The position numbers and the translations under genes were made by a program. This document shows, piece by piece, positions 47,988 through 57,701 of a stretch of 64,000 nt of DNA. A model generated the notes under the pieces. It made no database searches. It was not told where the DNA came from and was given only the letters and a program-made list of their open reading frames with translations. Source of the stretch: Akkermansiaceae bacterium (GTDB lineage: Bacteria > Verrucomicrobiota > Verrucomicrobiia > Verrucomicrobiales > Akkermansiaceae); contig JBPOGF010000002.1 in NCBI GenBank assembly GCA_051251915.1, positions 1 through 64,000 on the forward strand, given 5' to 3'. Every line of letters starts with the position of its first letter. Position 1 is the stretch's first letter.

Positions 47988-50567
47988 CTATCTCTTAGCG
48001 TATGCTTCGATTTCGTGGATGGACCAGTGGAGTTTTTTCTTGGACTTGGTAGTGACTCGGAAGTATCTGGCTTTGGTAGGTGGGAATGCGATGGTGGTGA
48101 TGGCGTGTTCTCCTCTGGTGGTTTTTTGTACTTCTGTCCAGCGTCTGCCATCAGTTGAGATTTCTGCTTTGTAGCTATCAGGGTAGTCGTTTACACTTCG
48201 CTTGGTGTCGAATTTTACGGAAGCTAGATTAACGGTGCTTGGGAACTCGATCTGGAACCACATTCCTTCTTCTTGGCGTTTTCCAGTGCTGTAGCGAGTT
48301 TTGTCATTATCATCGATAGCGAGTTTTGCTTCTTTTTCGTTATGACTTGCGGTGACTTTCCATTTTGATTTATCGAGTGGCTGAGGCACTTCTGTTTGGA
48401 GTTCTTTGATGGTCCATGGTTCTTTTCTGCTACGGGTGTCTGCTCTGACTCTGGCGACGTCTTGTTTGGTGACGAAGCTGGCGCGGTTGCCGAGTCCGTG
48501 TCTTACGTAGCTTACGACGTCTGCGATCCATTGATCATCTTGTGAGTCCATGGCTACCATTGGCGCTGTGTAGGTTTCGCCATCGACAGGGCCTTCTAGA
48601 CCGTGGAGGAGGATGTTGATCATATGGTCTCTGTGAGCATTGACTGACTTAGAGCCTGATAGTGGTGGGGCCATGAGGGAGCCTCCGGCATCGACACCTT
48701 TACCATCTTCACCGTGGCAGGCGCCGCAGAGTTGCTGGTAGATTTCGTCACCTCGTTTGTATTGTTTGGCTAGGTTTTTAGATAGACCGGTTTGGTTATC
48801 TTTTGGTTTAGATAGACCTTCTACGGTTTGCTTTACTCCAGCTGATTTAGCGCTTTGTAGGGCGGTGGCTTTAAGTTCATCTAGGTTTTCGAAGCTGAGT
48901 AGATTGGCAGTGAGGATGGCTTGCATTACTACACTTGGGTCGTTGTGCTTGGTCAGGTTAGAGATGGCTTTGGTGAGTATTTCAGCTGAGGAATTTTGTG
49001 CTTTGATGAGGGTTTCTGATACTCTGATACCTGCGCTAACTACTGTAGGGTCTTTATCTGTTAGAACGATGCGGAGGTGGTCTTCACTGAGTGCGCCGAT
49101 TCCTTCTAGCGTCCAGAGCGCGTGGATGCGGGTGAGGTTGTTTTTGTCGGTTAGTAGTGAGGCTAGTTTGTTGGCGACTGATTTATCTCCACGTAGCACG
49201 AGGAATTTCTGGGCTGTGTCTCTCCACCAGCCGTTAGGATGGCTGAGGTATTTGACGAGTTCAGATGAGCTAGCGCCGATCATTTCTGGATTTGGTCCAC
49301 GCTTGAAATCTTTGTGAACGAGTCTGTAGATACGTCCGTGTTGGATGTTTTGATCGAAGCCGTATTTATCGACGATAGATCTGAGGTAGCTCTTTGGTTT
49401 GGTCCAGTTTCCTTGCTGGATGATACCTCGATACATGTCGACGATGTAGAGGGTTCCGTCTGGAGCGGTGACCATGTTTACAGGGCGGAAGTTAGGGTCA
49501 GTGGAGCGGATGAATTCGCTTTTCTCGTGGGGGTTGCTGAGCTGGGTGACGCCGTCGTTTACTTCTACTTTAGATCGGCGGATGAGCCTTCCTACGGGTT
49601 CTGCGAAGAGGAGGTCGCCACGTAGGTCTTCTGGGAGTCTGTCACCGCGGAAAATGTCTTCTCCACATGTTGCTGTGAAGTGGTTGAGAACTTCTCCTTT
49701 ACCGCCTTCAAATGGTTTGAGACGTTTTTGTCCGCCTTGAACATCTGGGATGGGGCAGATGGGGTAGACTTCTTTGTAGTTGCGTTCAGCTTGATCTTTA
49801 AAGTGGGTGGAGGTTCCGTAGACGATGGGGAACTGGTAGTTTACTGGACCTCTTTCACCGCCGGCATTGACGAACCATGGTTTGCCGTAGTTGTCCTGGG
49901 TGAGTCCCCATTGTCCGCCGTTAGAAGCTGTAGGCTCTACGGTGATCATCTTTTCAGGTCCGAATTTGTAGCGAGTGAGGTTGTAGGTGGTGTAGACCCA
50001 GTTGTCTAGTGACCAGATGAGTCCGCTGGGCTGGTGTTCCATGTTACCGCCGCGTTTGCCGCCTACGTAGTAGACTGAATCTTGGTCAGCAACGCCGTCG
50101 TTGTTGGTGTCTTTGTAGAGTGTGAGGTCATGGGTATTGGTGGTGCCAACGACGATGCCGTCTTCTAATGGTAAGACCATGCGGGGGAGTAGAAGGTTGT
50201 CTACGAAGACGCTGTGCTTATCGTATTTTCCGTCGCCATTGGTGTCTTCGTGGCGGGAGATTCTGCTGGTTCTATTATTTTCTCCAGTGGCATCTGCGTC
50301 TTGCATGTAGGTGTTCATTTGGATGACGTACATGCGACCGTTTCCATCAAACACACAGCTTACAGGTTCGGTGATGTTAGGCTCAGAGAGGACAGGTTCT
50401 AGTGAATAGCCGGGAGGGAGTTCGATGCTAGCGATGGTCTCTTCTGGGCTTAGCATTTCGATTTGCTTGTAGAGATCTGGATCGAATGTAGCAGCGGTTT
50501 TTGACTGGGCAAAGAGGGGGGTGCTAACGATACTCCCGAAAATGGCTATTGTTGGTAGAAACTTCAT
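47988..50567 (-). CDS. PVC-type heme-binding protein (propeller + HEAT + cytochrome c + F5/8 discoidin)
   Basis: DTNGDGKYDK, FRPVNMVTAPDG, CGACHG, C-terminal AIDD..TRYS..WSIHEI. Confidence 0.85.
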   Translation of the reverse strand: MKFLPTIAIFGSIVSTPLFAQSKTAATFDPDLYKQIEMLSPEETIASIELPPGYSLEPVLSEPNITEPVSCVFDGNGRMYVIQMNTYMQDADATGENNRTSRISRHEDTNGDGKYDKHSVFVDNLLLPRMVLPLEDGIVVGTTNTHDLTLYKDTNNDGVADQDSVYYVGGKRGGNMEHQPSGLIWSLDNWVYTTYNLTRYKFGPEKMITVEPTASNGGQWGLTQDNYGKPWFVNAGGERGPVNYQFPIVYGTSTHFKDQAERNYKEVYPICPIPDVQGGQKRLKPFEGGKGEVLNHFTATCGEDIFRGDRLPEDLRGDLLFAEPVGRLIRRSKVEVNDGVTQLSNPHEKSEFIRSTDPNFRPVNMVTAPDGTLYIVDMYRGIIQQGNWTKPKSYLRSIVDKYGFDQNIQHGRIYRLVHKDFKRGPNPEMIGASSSELVKYLSHPNGWWRDTAQKFLVLRGDKSVANKLASLLTDKNNLTRIHALWTLEGIGALSEDHLRIVLTDKDPTVVSAGIRVSETLIKAQNSSAEILTKAISNLTKHNDPSVVMQAILTANLLSFENLDELKATALQSAKSAGVKQTVEGLSKPKDNQTGLSKNLAKQYKRGDEIYQQLCGACHGEDGKGVDAGGSLMAPPLSGSKSVNAHRDHMINILLHGLEGPVDGETYTAPMVAMDSQDDQWIADVVSYVRHGLGNRASFVTKQDVARVRADTRSRKEPWTIKELQTEVPQPLDKSKWKVTASHNEKEAKLAIDDNDKTRYSTGKRQEEGMWFQIEFPSTVNLASVKFDTKRSVNDYPDSYKAEISTDGRRWTEVQKTTRGEHAITTIAFPPTKARYFRVTTKSKKKLHWSIHEIEAYAKR

Positions 50568-50673
50568 CCTGATAAGATCAACGGGCGGTCTGAAAATTCA
50601 AGAAAAATGATGATTTATTTCAACTGTAATACAGCTTGTGGATCAAGCATTCATGGGGGTTTTGGGACTTTTG

Positions 50674-52146
50674 TTAAGGTCGTTTTAAGCAGCGTCCTCG
50701 GGGTTCATTTCCTTGGTGGAGGACGGTGTCAGAATGGAGGAATTCTGCGGCTTCTGCGGAGTCTTTTACTTTAGATGCACTGCGTTGTAACATTTCTGTT
50801 TCGTACTCGTCTAGTGCTGCTTTTCGGATGCCTTCTGCGCGCCATTGGGTGAATGGTCGGCAACCTTTTGCGATGCTGCGGGCTAGGGATAGAGCGTCTA
50901 GGATGGCTTGGTTAGCACCTTGTCCTTTGAAGGGGCTCATGGGGTGGGCGGCGTCTCCTATGAGGGTTACGTGGGCGGATTGTTGGAGGTGTTCTGGTTC
51001 GAGTTGGGCGCGGTCATAGACTGGGTATCCGGTGATGTGGGTTTCGCTTGTGGCTGCTATTATCTGGGGGATGGGGGCGTGCCATGGTGTTCTACGGAGT
51101 GCTTCTTCTTTGAGGGCTTGAGTTCCTTGGGCGCTGAGTTGCTTGGCTTCGGGTTCTGGCATGGGGAAGCTGAGTTGCCACATGATGGAATCTGATGAGT
51201 AGGGCATCATGTAGATACGTTCGTTGCCGTTAGCGGTTTGGAATACGGTGGCTGAATCTAGTAGTGGGTTTTTGAGGTCTAGTTTGTGGAGTTGATTTAA
51301 AGGGCAGATGCCTAGGATGACGATGCAGCCTAGGTAGCGGAGTGGTGAGGTTTGTTCTGGGATGATGTGTTTTCTGACTGTGCTGCGGATGCCGTCAGCT
51401 CCGACTAGTAGATCTGCTTTTGCTTGTTTTGGTTTGCCGTCGACTTCGAAGTGTAAGTTGACGCCTTTAGGGGTGTCTTTGAATTCTGTTAGTTGGTGGT
51501 TCCATTTTATGCAGTCGTGGCCGTCTAGTTGTTTGAGGAGGGCTTGGCGTAGGGCTTGTCTGGCGATGTGGATGTTGGTTCTTTTTGGTAGGGATTTTTT
51601 ATCTGACTTGCCCCATTTTCTGATGCCCCATTCGCCGATTTCTTTTCCATCGGTGGTGTGGACTACGTGGCGGGTGGAGACGATGCCCTCGGTTAGGGAT
51701 GATATGCCGAGTGCTTGGATGGCTTTGCTGGCTTGTTGGAGTGTGAGTCCGTAGCCTTGGGAGCGGGCGTCGAAGCTGCTGTCTCGCTCGTAGAGGGTGA
51801 AGGGGATGCTGCGGTGAAGGCAGGCGATGGCGAGTGCTACGCCGCCGATTCCGCCGCCGATGATGGCGACGTGTGGGTAGTTTTCTGTGTCGGCTGGGGG
51901 GTGAGTGGGAGAGGGGGAGAGGCCTGTGCCATCGCAGTTTTGGCAAACGTAGAGGTGGCCTTTGGGGCGGATGGGTGGGGGGAGGGTTGGTGTGTTAGAC
52001 TGGGTTTTCTCGAATGTTTCGAGTTCCCTTTGGAAGTTGAGTCGGGCTTTTTTGGTGAGTCTGCGGTGTCTACGTCCGCGGCCTTGGCATTCTGGACATG
52101 TTGTCCACTTGGGGCCTGAATTATTTACCTGATCTACTTTGTCCAC
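50674..52146 (-). CDS. FAD-dependent monooxygenase with N-terminal CxxCxGxG pair
   Basis: GGGIGG, GADG, GDAAH...GQGANQAI; CPECQGRG and CQNCDGTG. Confidence 0.88.
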   Translation of the reverse strand: MDKVDQVNNSGPKWTTCPECQGRGRRHRRLTKKARLNFQRELETFEKTQSNTPTLPPPIRPKGHLYVCQNCDGTGLSPSPTHPPADTENYPHVAIIGGGIGGVALAIACLHRSIPFTLYERDSSFDARSQGYGLTLQQASKAIQALGISSLTEGIVSTRHVVHTTDGKEIGEWGIRKWGKSDKKSLPKRTNIHIARQALRQALLKQLDGHDCIKWNHQLTEFKDTPKGVNLHFEVDGKPKQAKADLLVGADGIRSTVRKHIIPEQTSPLRYLGCIVILGICPLNQLHKLDLKNPLLDSATVFQTANGNERIYMMPYSSDSIMWQLSFPMPEPEAKQLSAQGTQALKEEALRRTPWHAPIPQIIAATSETHITGYPVYDRAQLEPEHLQQSAHVTLIGDAAHPMSPFKGQGANQAILDALSLARSIAKGCRPFTQWRAEGIRKAALDEYETEMLQRSASKVKDSAEAAEFLHSDTVLHQGNEPRGRCLKRP

Positions 52147-52218
52147 TGGTTCACAGGCTAACCAGAAATTAGTTGGACATCAATCAAAGATGATTGATGT
52201 CGGTTGTTGTTGGTTGAT

Positions 52219-52656
52219 TTAGGCTAATTTTGGTTGCTGGAGGGTGACTGAGATTTGTTTGTAGCGAGTGGATAGGTTGGTGGCGGCTACTGCGATGACT
52301 GCTAGGGCGATGTAGACGAGCATCATTTTTGGTTCAGTTCTGAGGAAGAATTCAGAGAAGAGTGCTCCTGTCATGGCGCCGAGGCTGTAGAGGTTGGTGA
52401 GGGTGAATAGGCGGAGGTATTTTCCTTTATCGAGTGACTTGCTGAGGATGAGTATGGCGTTAACTAAGAATGCGAGTGAGGCGAATCCGATGACGAATCC
52501 GGTGCTGATGCGGAAGAGGGTGGGGTCGATTCCTAGGGGTTTTGCCATTTCTTCGAAGGCGGCGACGGAGATAGGCCAAGCGGCGAATTTTGAGATGGTG
52601 AATCTAACGAGGATGAGTCCGGCGAGGAGGTTGAATAGGCTGAGTAGGTATTTCAT
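52219..52656 (-). CDS. DoxX-like membrane protein
   Basis: 4 TM helices; SKF...F...GIDP pattern. Confidence 0.5.
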   Translation of the reverse strand: MKYLLSLFNLLAGLILVRFTISKFAAWPISVAAFEEMAKPLGIDPTLFRISTGFVIGFASLAFLVNAILILSKSLDKGKYLRLFTLTNLYSLGAMTGALFSEFFLRTEPKMMLVYIALAVIAVAATNLSTRYKQISVTLQQPKLA

Positions 52657-52748
52657 AATTATAGTTTTGTGTATTTTGTTGTGTCCCTCTTAGAGATCAA
52701 GTGGGGGAAATTTATTCCGTGAATTACAAAACTATCTTTTATGGGTGA

Positions 52749-54011
52749 TTAGTGGTCAGGTTGTTTCCAAGGGGTGGGTTTATGGGATGCGGGGAAGGCT
52801 CGGGTCATTTTAAGGATTGATTTTTTACTTGGAAAGACGGCTCCGTTGGTTGGGGAACTTGTCATTTTGTCTGCTGGGATGATGGTGTTGTTGCTTTCTT
52901 TGATGGGGGCTTTTTTATTATGGATTTCTATGGCGTGGAGTTTTTTATTCTTTAGGGCGATTAAGTTGTTGGTGATTTCAATGGGAGTTTTAGGGGCTTT
53001 TGAGTTCCCGATGACGATGGCTTTTTCTGTGGGGTTGATGATGGTGTTGTTGCGGATGATGTAGCTGTCTGCGGCGGAGGCTTTGACGTACATGCATTGT
53101 TTACCAGCGTTCTTGAAGATGTTGTTTTCGATGATGATGTTTCCGTGGCCGAAGAGGATGAGGTTGTTGGATGGGCAGGTGTCTATGTAGTTGTTGTAGA
53201 CGTGGGCTTGGGTGCCGGTGCCTATTTGGAGGCTGTTGGACTGGTATTGTGCGAATGGGGTTTTGCCACTTTCTGTGATGGTGTTGTTGTAGACTTGGCA
53301 GTCTTTGGTGGTGCTGCCTATTTGGATGCCTTCGCAGCCGGTGTTGTGGGTGTGGTTGTTGTAGATTTTTAGGCCTTCGATGACGTGAGGCATGAGGGGG
53401 GTGCCGGTTTTCTTGGGGTCAAAGCCGTCGAAGAATGTGTGGCCGATGTAGAAGCCTTCGCCGGTGACATTGTGGACGAAGTTGTCGTGGAGGGAGATGT
53501 TGCGCATGGTGAATTGGCTGCGGGTGGTTTTGTCTTTGATGCTGGGTTCGTCTTTGACGTTGAAGCCGGCGAAACCTGCGGCGTAGACTTCGATGTGGTC
53601 GACTTCTATGGAGGTGCTGCGTTTTCTGATGTTGAGGGCGTGGGGGCCTTTTTTTCCGCAGGCGAGTTTGAAGCCGTAGCGGATCTCCCTTTCGCCGGAG
53701 CCGGTGAAGCGGATGTGCTTGCAGGTGTGGATGTTTAGGGCTGAGCCGTTTTTGTCGATGCTGTTGATGTGTACGACGCCTCCTGAGTTGATGAAGGTGA
53801 TGGGTTTTTCTGCGGTGCCGGTGAAGTTCTGGATGGTGAGGTGGGTGCGTTTGCCTGCTTTGATTTTGAAGATGTCGCCGGGTTTGTGGTTGATCTTGTT
53901 TCCGTCAAAGACGACGACATCGCCTGTGTCTACGAAGCGCTCTGCTGCTGAGGTAGTGACTAGTGATAGAATGAATAGGAGGAGGGGGATGCGGATTTTT
54001 GATAGGGTCAT
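52749..54011 (-). CDS. secreted right-handed parallel beta-helix protein
   Basis: signal peptide; repeated IxNN / GEGFYIG / EGIQIG motifs. Confidence 0.8.
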   Translation of the reverse strand: MTLSKIRIPLLLFILSLVTTSAAERFVDTGDVVVFDGNKINHKPGDIFKIKAGKRTHLTIQNFTGTAEKPITFINSGGVVHINSIDKNGSALNIHTCKHIRFTGSGEREIRYGFKLACGKKGPHALNIRKRSTSIEVDHIEVYAAGFAGFNVKDEPSIKDKTTRSQFTMRNISLHDNFVHNVTGEGFYIGHTFFDGFDPKKTGTPLMPHVIEGLKIYNNHTHNTGCEGIQIGSTTKDCQVYNNTITESGKTPFAQYQSNSLQIGTGTQAHVYNNYIDTCPSNNLILFGHGNIIIENNIFKNAGKQCMYVKASAADSYIIRNNTIINPTEKAIVIGNSKAPKTPIEITNNLIALKNKKLHAIEIHNKKAPIKESNNTIIPADKMTSSPTNGAVFPSKKSILKMTRAFPASHKPTPWKQPDH

Positions 54012-54070
54012 GAATTGTGATGTGTTAGAGGTGTGTTTATATATTGTGCTACTTAGAAGAAGTTGTGAAT

Positions 54071-54108
54071 AAAAAAGCGCTATCGCCTCAGTTGAGGTGA
54101 TAGCGCTT
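54071..54108 (-). terminator. intrinsic terminator
   Basis: AAGCGCTATCGCCTCA / TGAGGTGATAGCGCTT stem with an A-run on +. Confidence 0.85.
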
Positions 54109-54133
54109 AGTGGTGAAATTATTTTAAACTGAA

Positions 54134-54937
54134 TTATTTACGGCGTCTGGCAAGCAGGGCTAGACCTCCGAGGCCGAGCAGGGCTGTTGAGCTTGGCTCT
54201 GGCACTACAACGCTGTCAAAGGAGAATGCGCCGATGGTAGCTGCAAATTGAGTTTGCGGAGGGTTTCCTTCTGAACTGGTTGCCCAAACTTCAATCGAAT
54301 CACCATCAGCGAAGTCTGATACATCCCAGTAATACCAATCTGAAATTTGATTGTCAGTATCAGTTTCAGCTGTTGTACTGACATCAAAATCACTTCCGCC
54401 GTGGGATAGTCTCAACATGTGAGAGTTGAAAATGATGTTATCTAGATTATCAACCATTAAACCGATGCGGACTGTTTCTCCAGCGGCGGCTGCACGATTA
54501 AAATCAATAGTACCAAAGCTAATGAAAGCGCCTTCAGCATTATTTGGAGCGGCAGTAGGATTGAATGTTCCTGATCTTAAAGTGGAGGGTGCTCCGCCTG
54601 GTGTGGTAGTAGGGTCGTCGATAAGAGCGTAACTTGCGTTGCCTCTGAAATTGGCAGTTGTTAAGTTAAAGGCTGCATAAGATGGTGCTGAGCTTTCAAC
54701 ATCATTCGCTCCATTGCCACCTGCGTTATCAGTAACGTATCTATAGCCGTCTGTTCCGAGGACGTTATTTCCATCGATGTCATTTTTGGCATCTGTGGAT
54801 GTTCTCCAGCCAGGACCTAGGTCAATATTGCTACCAGCAGTGATTATGTTGGCTGCTGAAGCTAGCCCGATTGTGCTCATAAGAGCCGCGGCCTTGATGA
54901 GTAATTTTGGTTTGTTGTTTTTTGGTTTTATTTTCAT
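54134..54937 (-). CDS. PEP-CTERM protein
   Basis: signal peptide; VPEPSSTALLGLGGLALLARRRK. Confidence 0.9.
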   Translation of the reverse strand: MKIKPKNNKPKLLIKAAALMSTIGLASAANIITAGSNIDLGPGWRTSTDAKNDIDGNNVLGTDGYRYVTDNAGGNGANDVESSAPSYAAFNLTTANFRGNASYALIDDPTTTPGGAPSTLRSGTFNPTAAPNNAEGAFISFGTIDFNRAAAAGETVRIGLMVDNLDNIIFNSHMLRLSHGGSDFDVSTTAETDTDNQISDWYYWDVSDFADGDSIEVWATSSEGNPPQTQFAATIGAFSFDSVVVPEPSSTALLGLGGLALLARRRK

Positions 54938-55091
54938 TGGATAACCAATTTACCATATTTGAGCAAAATGCTCAAGAGGCTCGAACCCACCAAAAGATAT
55001 TCAAAATCCACATCACTTTAGTGATGTATCAGGCTCCTGAGATCTGTCTTTTGCGATTTTAGAAAGACTGAAGTTGAGATTATGGTGATGT

Positions 55092-55940
55092 CTAGGGCTT
55101 GGAGGTAAGGATTTTATTGGCACGTGCTAGGGCTATTTTGCGGGCGATTTTTATTTCTTCTGGGGTGAGGGAGTAGCCTTGTTTTTTTCCGCCCATGATG
55201 CGGTGGAATTGTTTTTGGGTGGGTTTATCTGGGTGGATGAGTCCTAGGTTGTGGCCTAGCTCGTGGGCGGAGGTGCGGGCGATGGAGCCACGTTTCATGG
55301 GTTGTGGTTCTGTGAGGAGGGCTTTTTCTGGTGGTTTGAGGCCACGGTTGTGCTTGTCTGTGTAGGAGCCGACGATTGCGTAGTTGCCGCGCATGGCGGC
55401 GAAGCCTTGGTAGGTTTGGCCTAGGTAGGGGAAGAAGTAGAGGTTGTGGATGAGGGGGTGTTGGTTTTCTTTTCCGCAGAGGGCGCGGATTTTATTGGTT
55501 CGGAGTGGGTAGTGTTTTACTTTGGCTTCTTTTGGTTCTCTTTTGGAGTTCTGGATGTAGGTGATGTCTTGCTGGCGGTTTTTTGTTTCTGCTGCTGGTT
55601 GGGTGATGATGGATTCGATGACCCACTGGATGCCGGCGGGTTTCCAGATGCGGTTGATCTCTGGGACGATGTTTTTTTCTATGTCTTCAGGGGTGAGCCA
55701 GGTGGTCATTTTGACTCCTTTTTTTTCTAGTTCGAGGTCGGAGATAATGAAGATGCGGAGGGGGAGGGTGATGAGTTGTTGGTCGTCGTCTGAGATGGTT
55801 GTGAGTTTGGTGATCTGGGTTTCTGTGCGAGGTTCTGTTGGGGTGGCTTTGACTGAGGTGAAGACGCTGAGTGTCATGAATCCGAATGCTATGAGCAGGC
55901 ATGATATGGTGGTGTTTTTTAGTATGGCTTGAGTCTTCAT
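55092..55940 (-). CDS. metzincin zinc metallopeptidase, exported
   Basis: HELGHNLGLIH followed by Met-turn RIMG. Confidence 0.8.
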   Translation of the reverse strand: MKTQAILKNTTISCLLIAFGFMTLSVFTSVKATPTEPRTETQITKLTTISDDDQQLITLPLRIFIISDLELEKKGVKMTTWLTPEDIEKNIVPEINRIWKPAGIQWVIESIITQPAAETKNRQQDITYIQNSKREPKEAKVKHYPLRTNKIRALCGKENQHPLIHNLYFFPYLGQTYQGFAAMRGNYAIVGSYTDKHNRGLKPPEKALLTEPQPMKRGSIARTSAHELGHNLGLIHPDKPTQKQFHRIMGGKKQGYSLTPEEIKIARKIALARANKILTSKP

Positions 55941-55992
55941 TGTATTAGTTTTGCGGGAATTTGAGTTGGTGTCGATCTTGAAAGTGGGAGGT

Positions 55993-56028
55993 AAAAAAAA
56001 TCGCTACCTATGTGGGATAGGTAGCGAT
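55993..56028 (-). terminator. intrinsic terminator after the sulfatases
   Basis: ATCGCTACCTAT / ATAGGTAGCGAT with an A8 run. Confidence 0.85.
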
Positions 56029-56055
56029 GGACTGTTAGAGTGGTGTAGGTGTTAA

Positions 56056-57696
56056 CTATTGCGCGGGGGCTTTCTCTTTCTTTGCTTTTTGTTTGTTCGC
56101 TTTTGGTTTGCCTCCTTTGGGGAAGTTTGCGGGTTTGTAGCTATTTAGCTTGGCTTGCATTGCCTTTACTACTTCTGGGTTTTGGGTGTAGAGGTTTTGG
56201 GTTTGGTTGGGGTCTTCTTCTAGGTTGTAGAGCTGTGCTGGTGGTGTGCCTTTTTTGAACTTGCCGTTTTCTATGTCGCTGTTTGGTGTGCCTACTAGGG
56301 CTGTGACTGATGGGCCGCCCCATGCGTGTTGGTTTGGTTTTGAGCCGGTGAATCCGCCGTCGCTTTTGGCTGGGATGTACATCCATTTGCCGTCGCGGAG
56401 TGACATGTGGGTGGGTTTGTGGCCGGTGATGATCATCTCGGTGCGGAGTGGTTTGTCTGGTGTTCCGGTGAGAGCTGGGAGGATGTTGATACTGTCGGAT
56501 TTCTCTTGGTTGCTGAGTTCTTGGCCGGTGATGGCTGCGAATGTGGCGAGTAGGTCTGCGCTGATGGTGAGCTGGTCAGAGGTGGTTCCGGGTGCGATTT
56601 TTCCTGGCCATTTGGCGATGAATGGGACGCGGTGTCCGCCTTCCCAGACGCCGAATTTAGAGCCTAGGAGGGTGCCGTTGATGTGGTGTCCTAGCTTGGC
56701 TGCGGCGCGGCCGCCGTGGTTGAACATGCCGCCGTTGTCGCTGGTGAAGATGATGAGGGTGTTGTCTGCTACGCCTTTGTCTTCGAGGGTTTTAGTAATC
56801 TCGCCGACGATCCAGTCTAGTTCTTGTGTGAAGTCTCCGTAGACTCCAGCTTCGCTGGTTCCTTTGAAGCGTGGGGCTGGGGTGAATGGGTGGTGGACGT
56901 TGGTGGTGGCGAAGTAGAGGAAGAATGGGTTCTCGCGTTGTTTTATCCAGGCGGTGGCTTTTTCGGTGAGCTTGGTGCCTACTTGGTAGTCGTTGAAGAG
57001 TTTGTGAGCCGCTACTGCACCGCTGAATTGGTTGGCCGAGCGCTGTGCTTCTTCTGGTTTGATGGGGGTGATGGGAGTAGCTTTGTTGCCGGCATTTCTT
57101 CCTAGATAGACGATGGGGTCATTAGGGTCTGATCCTACGATGGTGTCATTTTCTACGTAGACGTATGGTGGTGCGCTGTTGACGATGGGCATGCCGAAGT
57201 AGTAGTCGAATCCTAGGTCGAGTGGTCCTGGGCTGAGTGGGAGAGCCCAGTCATTTTTTCCTTGTTTGAATCCTAGGTGCCATTTTCCGATGACTGCGGT
57301 GTCGTAGCCTTTGTTTTTGAAGATGTCAGCGATGGTGAGTTGTTTGGTATCGATGAGTAGTGACTGGGTCATGGGGGCGGGTCCCCAGATGCCTTTGCCG
57401 TTGTTGCCACGGAATGGGTAGGTGCCGGTGAGGAGGCCGAAGCGTGATGGTGTGCAGACGGCTGAGGAGGAGTGTGCGTCGGTGAATTTTTTGCCTTCGG
57501 CGGCTAGTTTGTCGATGTTTGGGGTTTTGAGCTTGGTGGCACCGTAGGCGCCGGTGTCTCCGTAGCCGAGGTCATCTGCGAAGATGAGGACTACGTTGGG
57601 GAGTTTTTGTTCATCGGCGCTGGCTAGCTGAGGGGTGAGGGGTAGCAGGGTGGCTATTCCTAGTTGGCCTAGTTTGAGTAGTGTGTTGTTGTTCAT
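56056..57696 (-). CDS. S1 (formylglycine) sulfatase
   Basis: ADDLGYGD, CTPSR, GKWHLG, TSDNG. Confidence 0.95.
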   Translation of the reverse strand: MNNNTLLKLGQLGIATLLPLTPQLASADEQKLPNVVLIFADDLGYGDTGAYGATKLKTPNIDKLAAEGKKFTDAHSSSAVCTPSRFGLLTGTYPFRGNNGKGIWGPAPMTQSLLIDTKQLTIADIFKNKGYDTAVIGKWHLGFKQGKNDWALPLSPGPLDLGFDYYFGMPIVNSAPPYVYVENDTIVGSDPNDPIVYLGRNAGNKATPITPIKPEEAQRSANQFSGAVAAHKLFNDYQVGTKLTEKATAWIKQRENPFFLYFATTNVHHPFTPAPRFKGTSEAGVYGDFTQELDWIVGEITKTLEDKGVADNTLIIFTSDNGGMFNHGGRAAAKLGHHINGTLLGSKFGVWEGGHRVPFIAKWPGKIAPGTTSDQLTISADLLATFAAITGQELSNQEKSDSINILPALTGTPDKPLRTEMIITGHKPTHMSLRDGKWMYIPAKSDGGFTGSKPNQHAWGGPSVTALVGTPNSDIENGKFKKGTPPAQLYNLEEDPNQTQNLYTQNPEVVKAMQAKLNSYKPANFPKGGKPKANKQKAKKEKAPAQ

Positions 57697-57701
57697 CAAT
57701 T

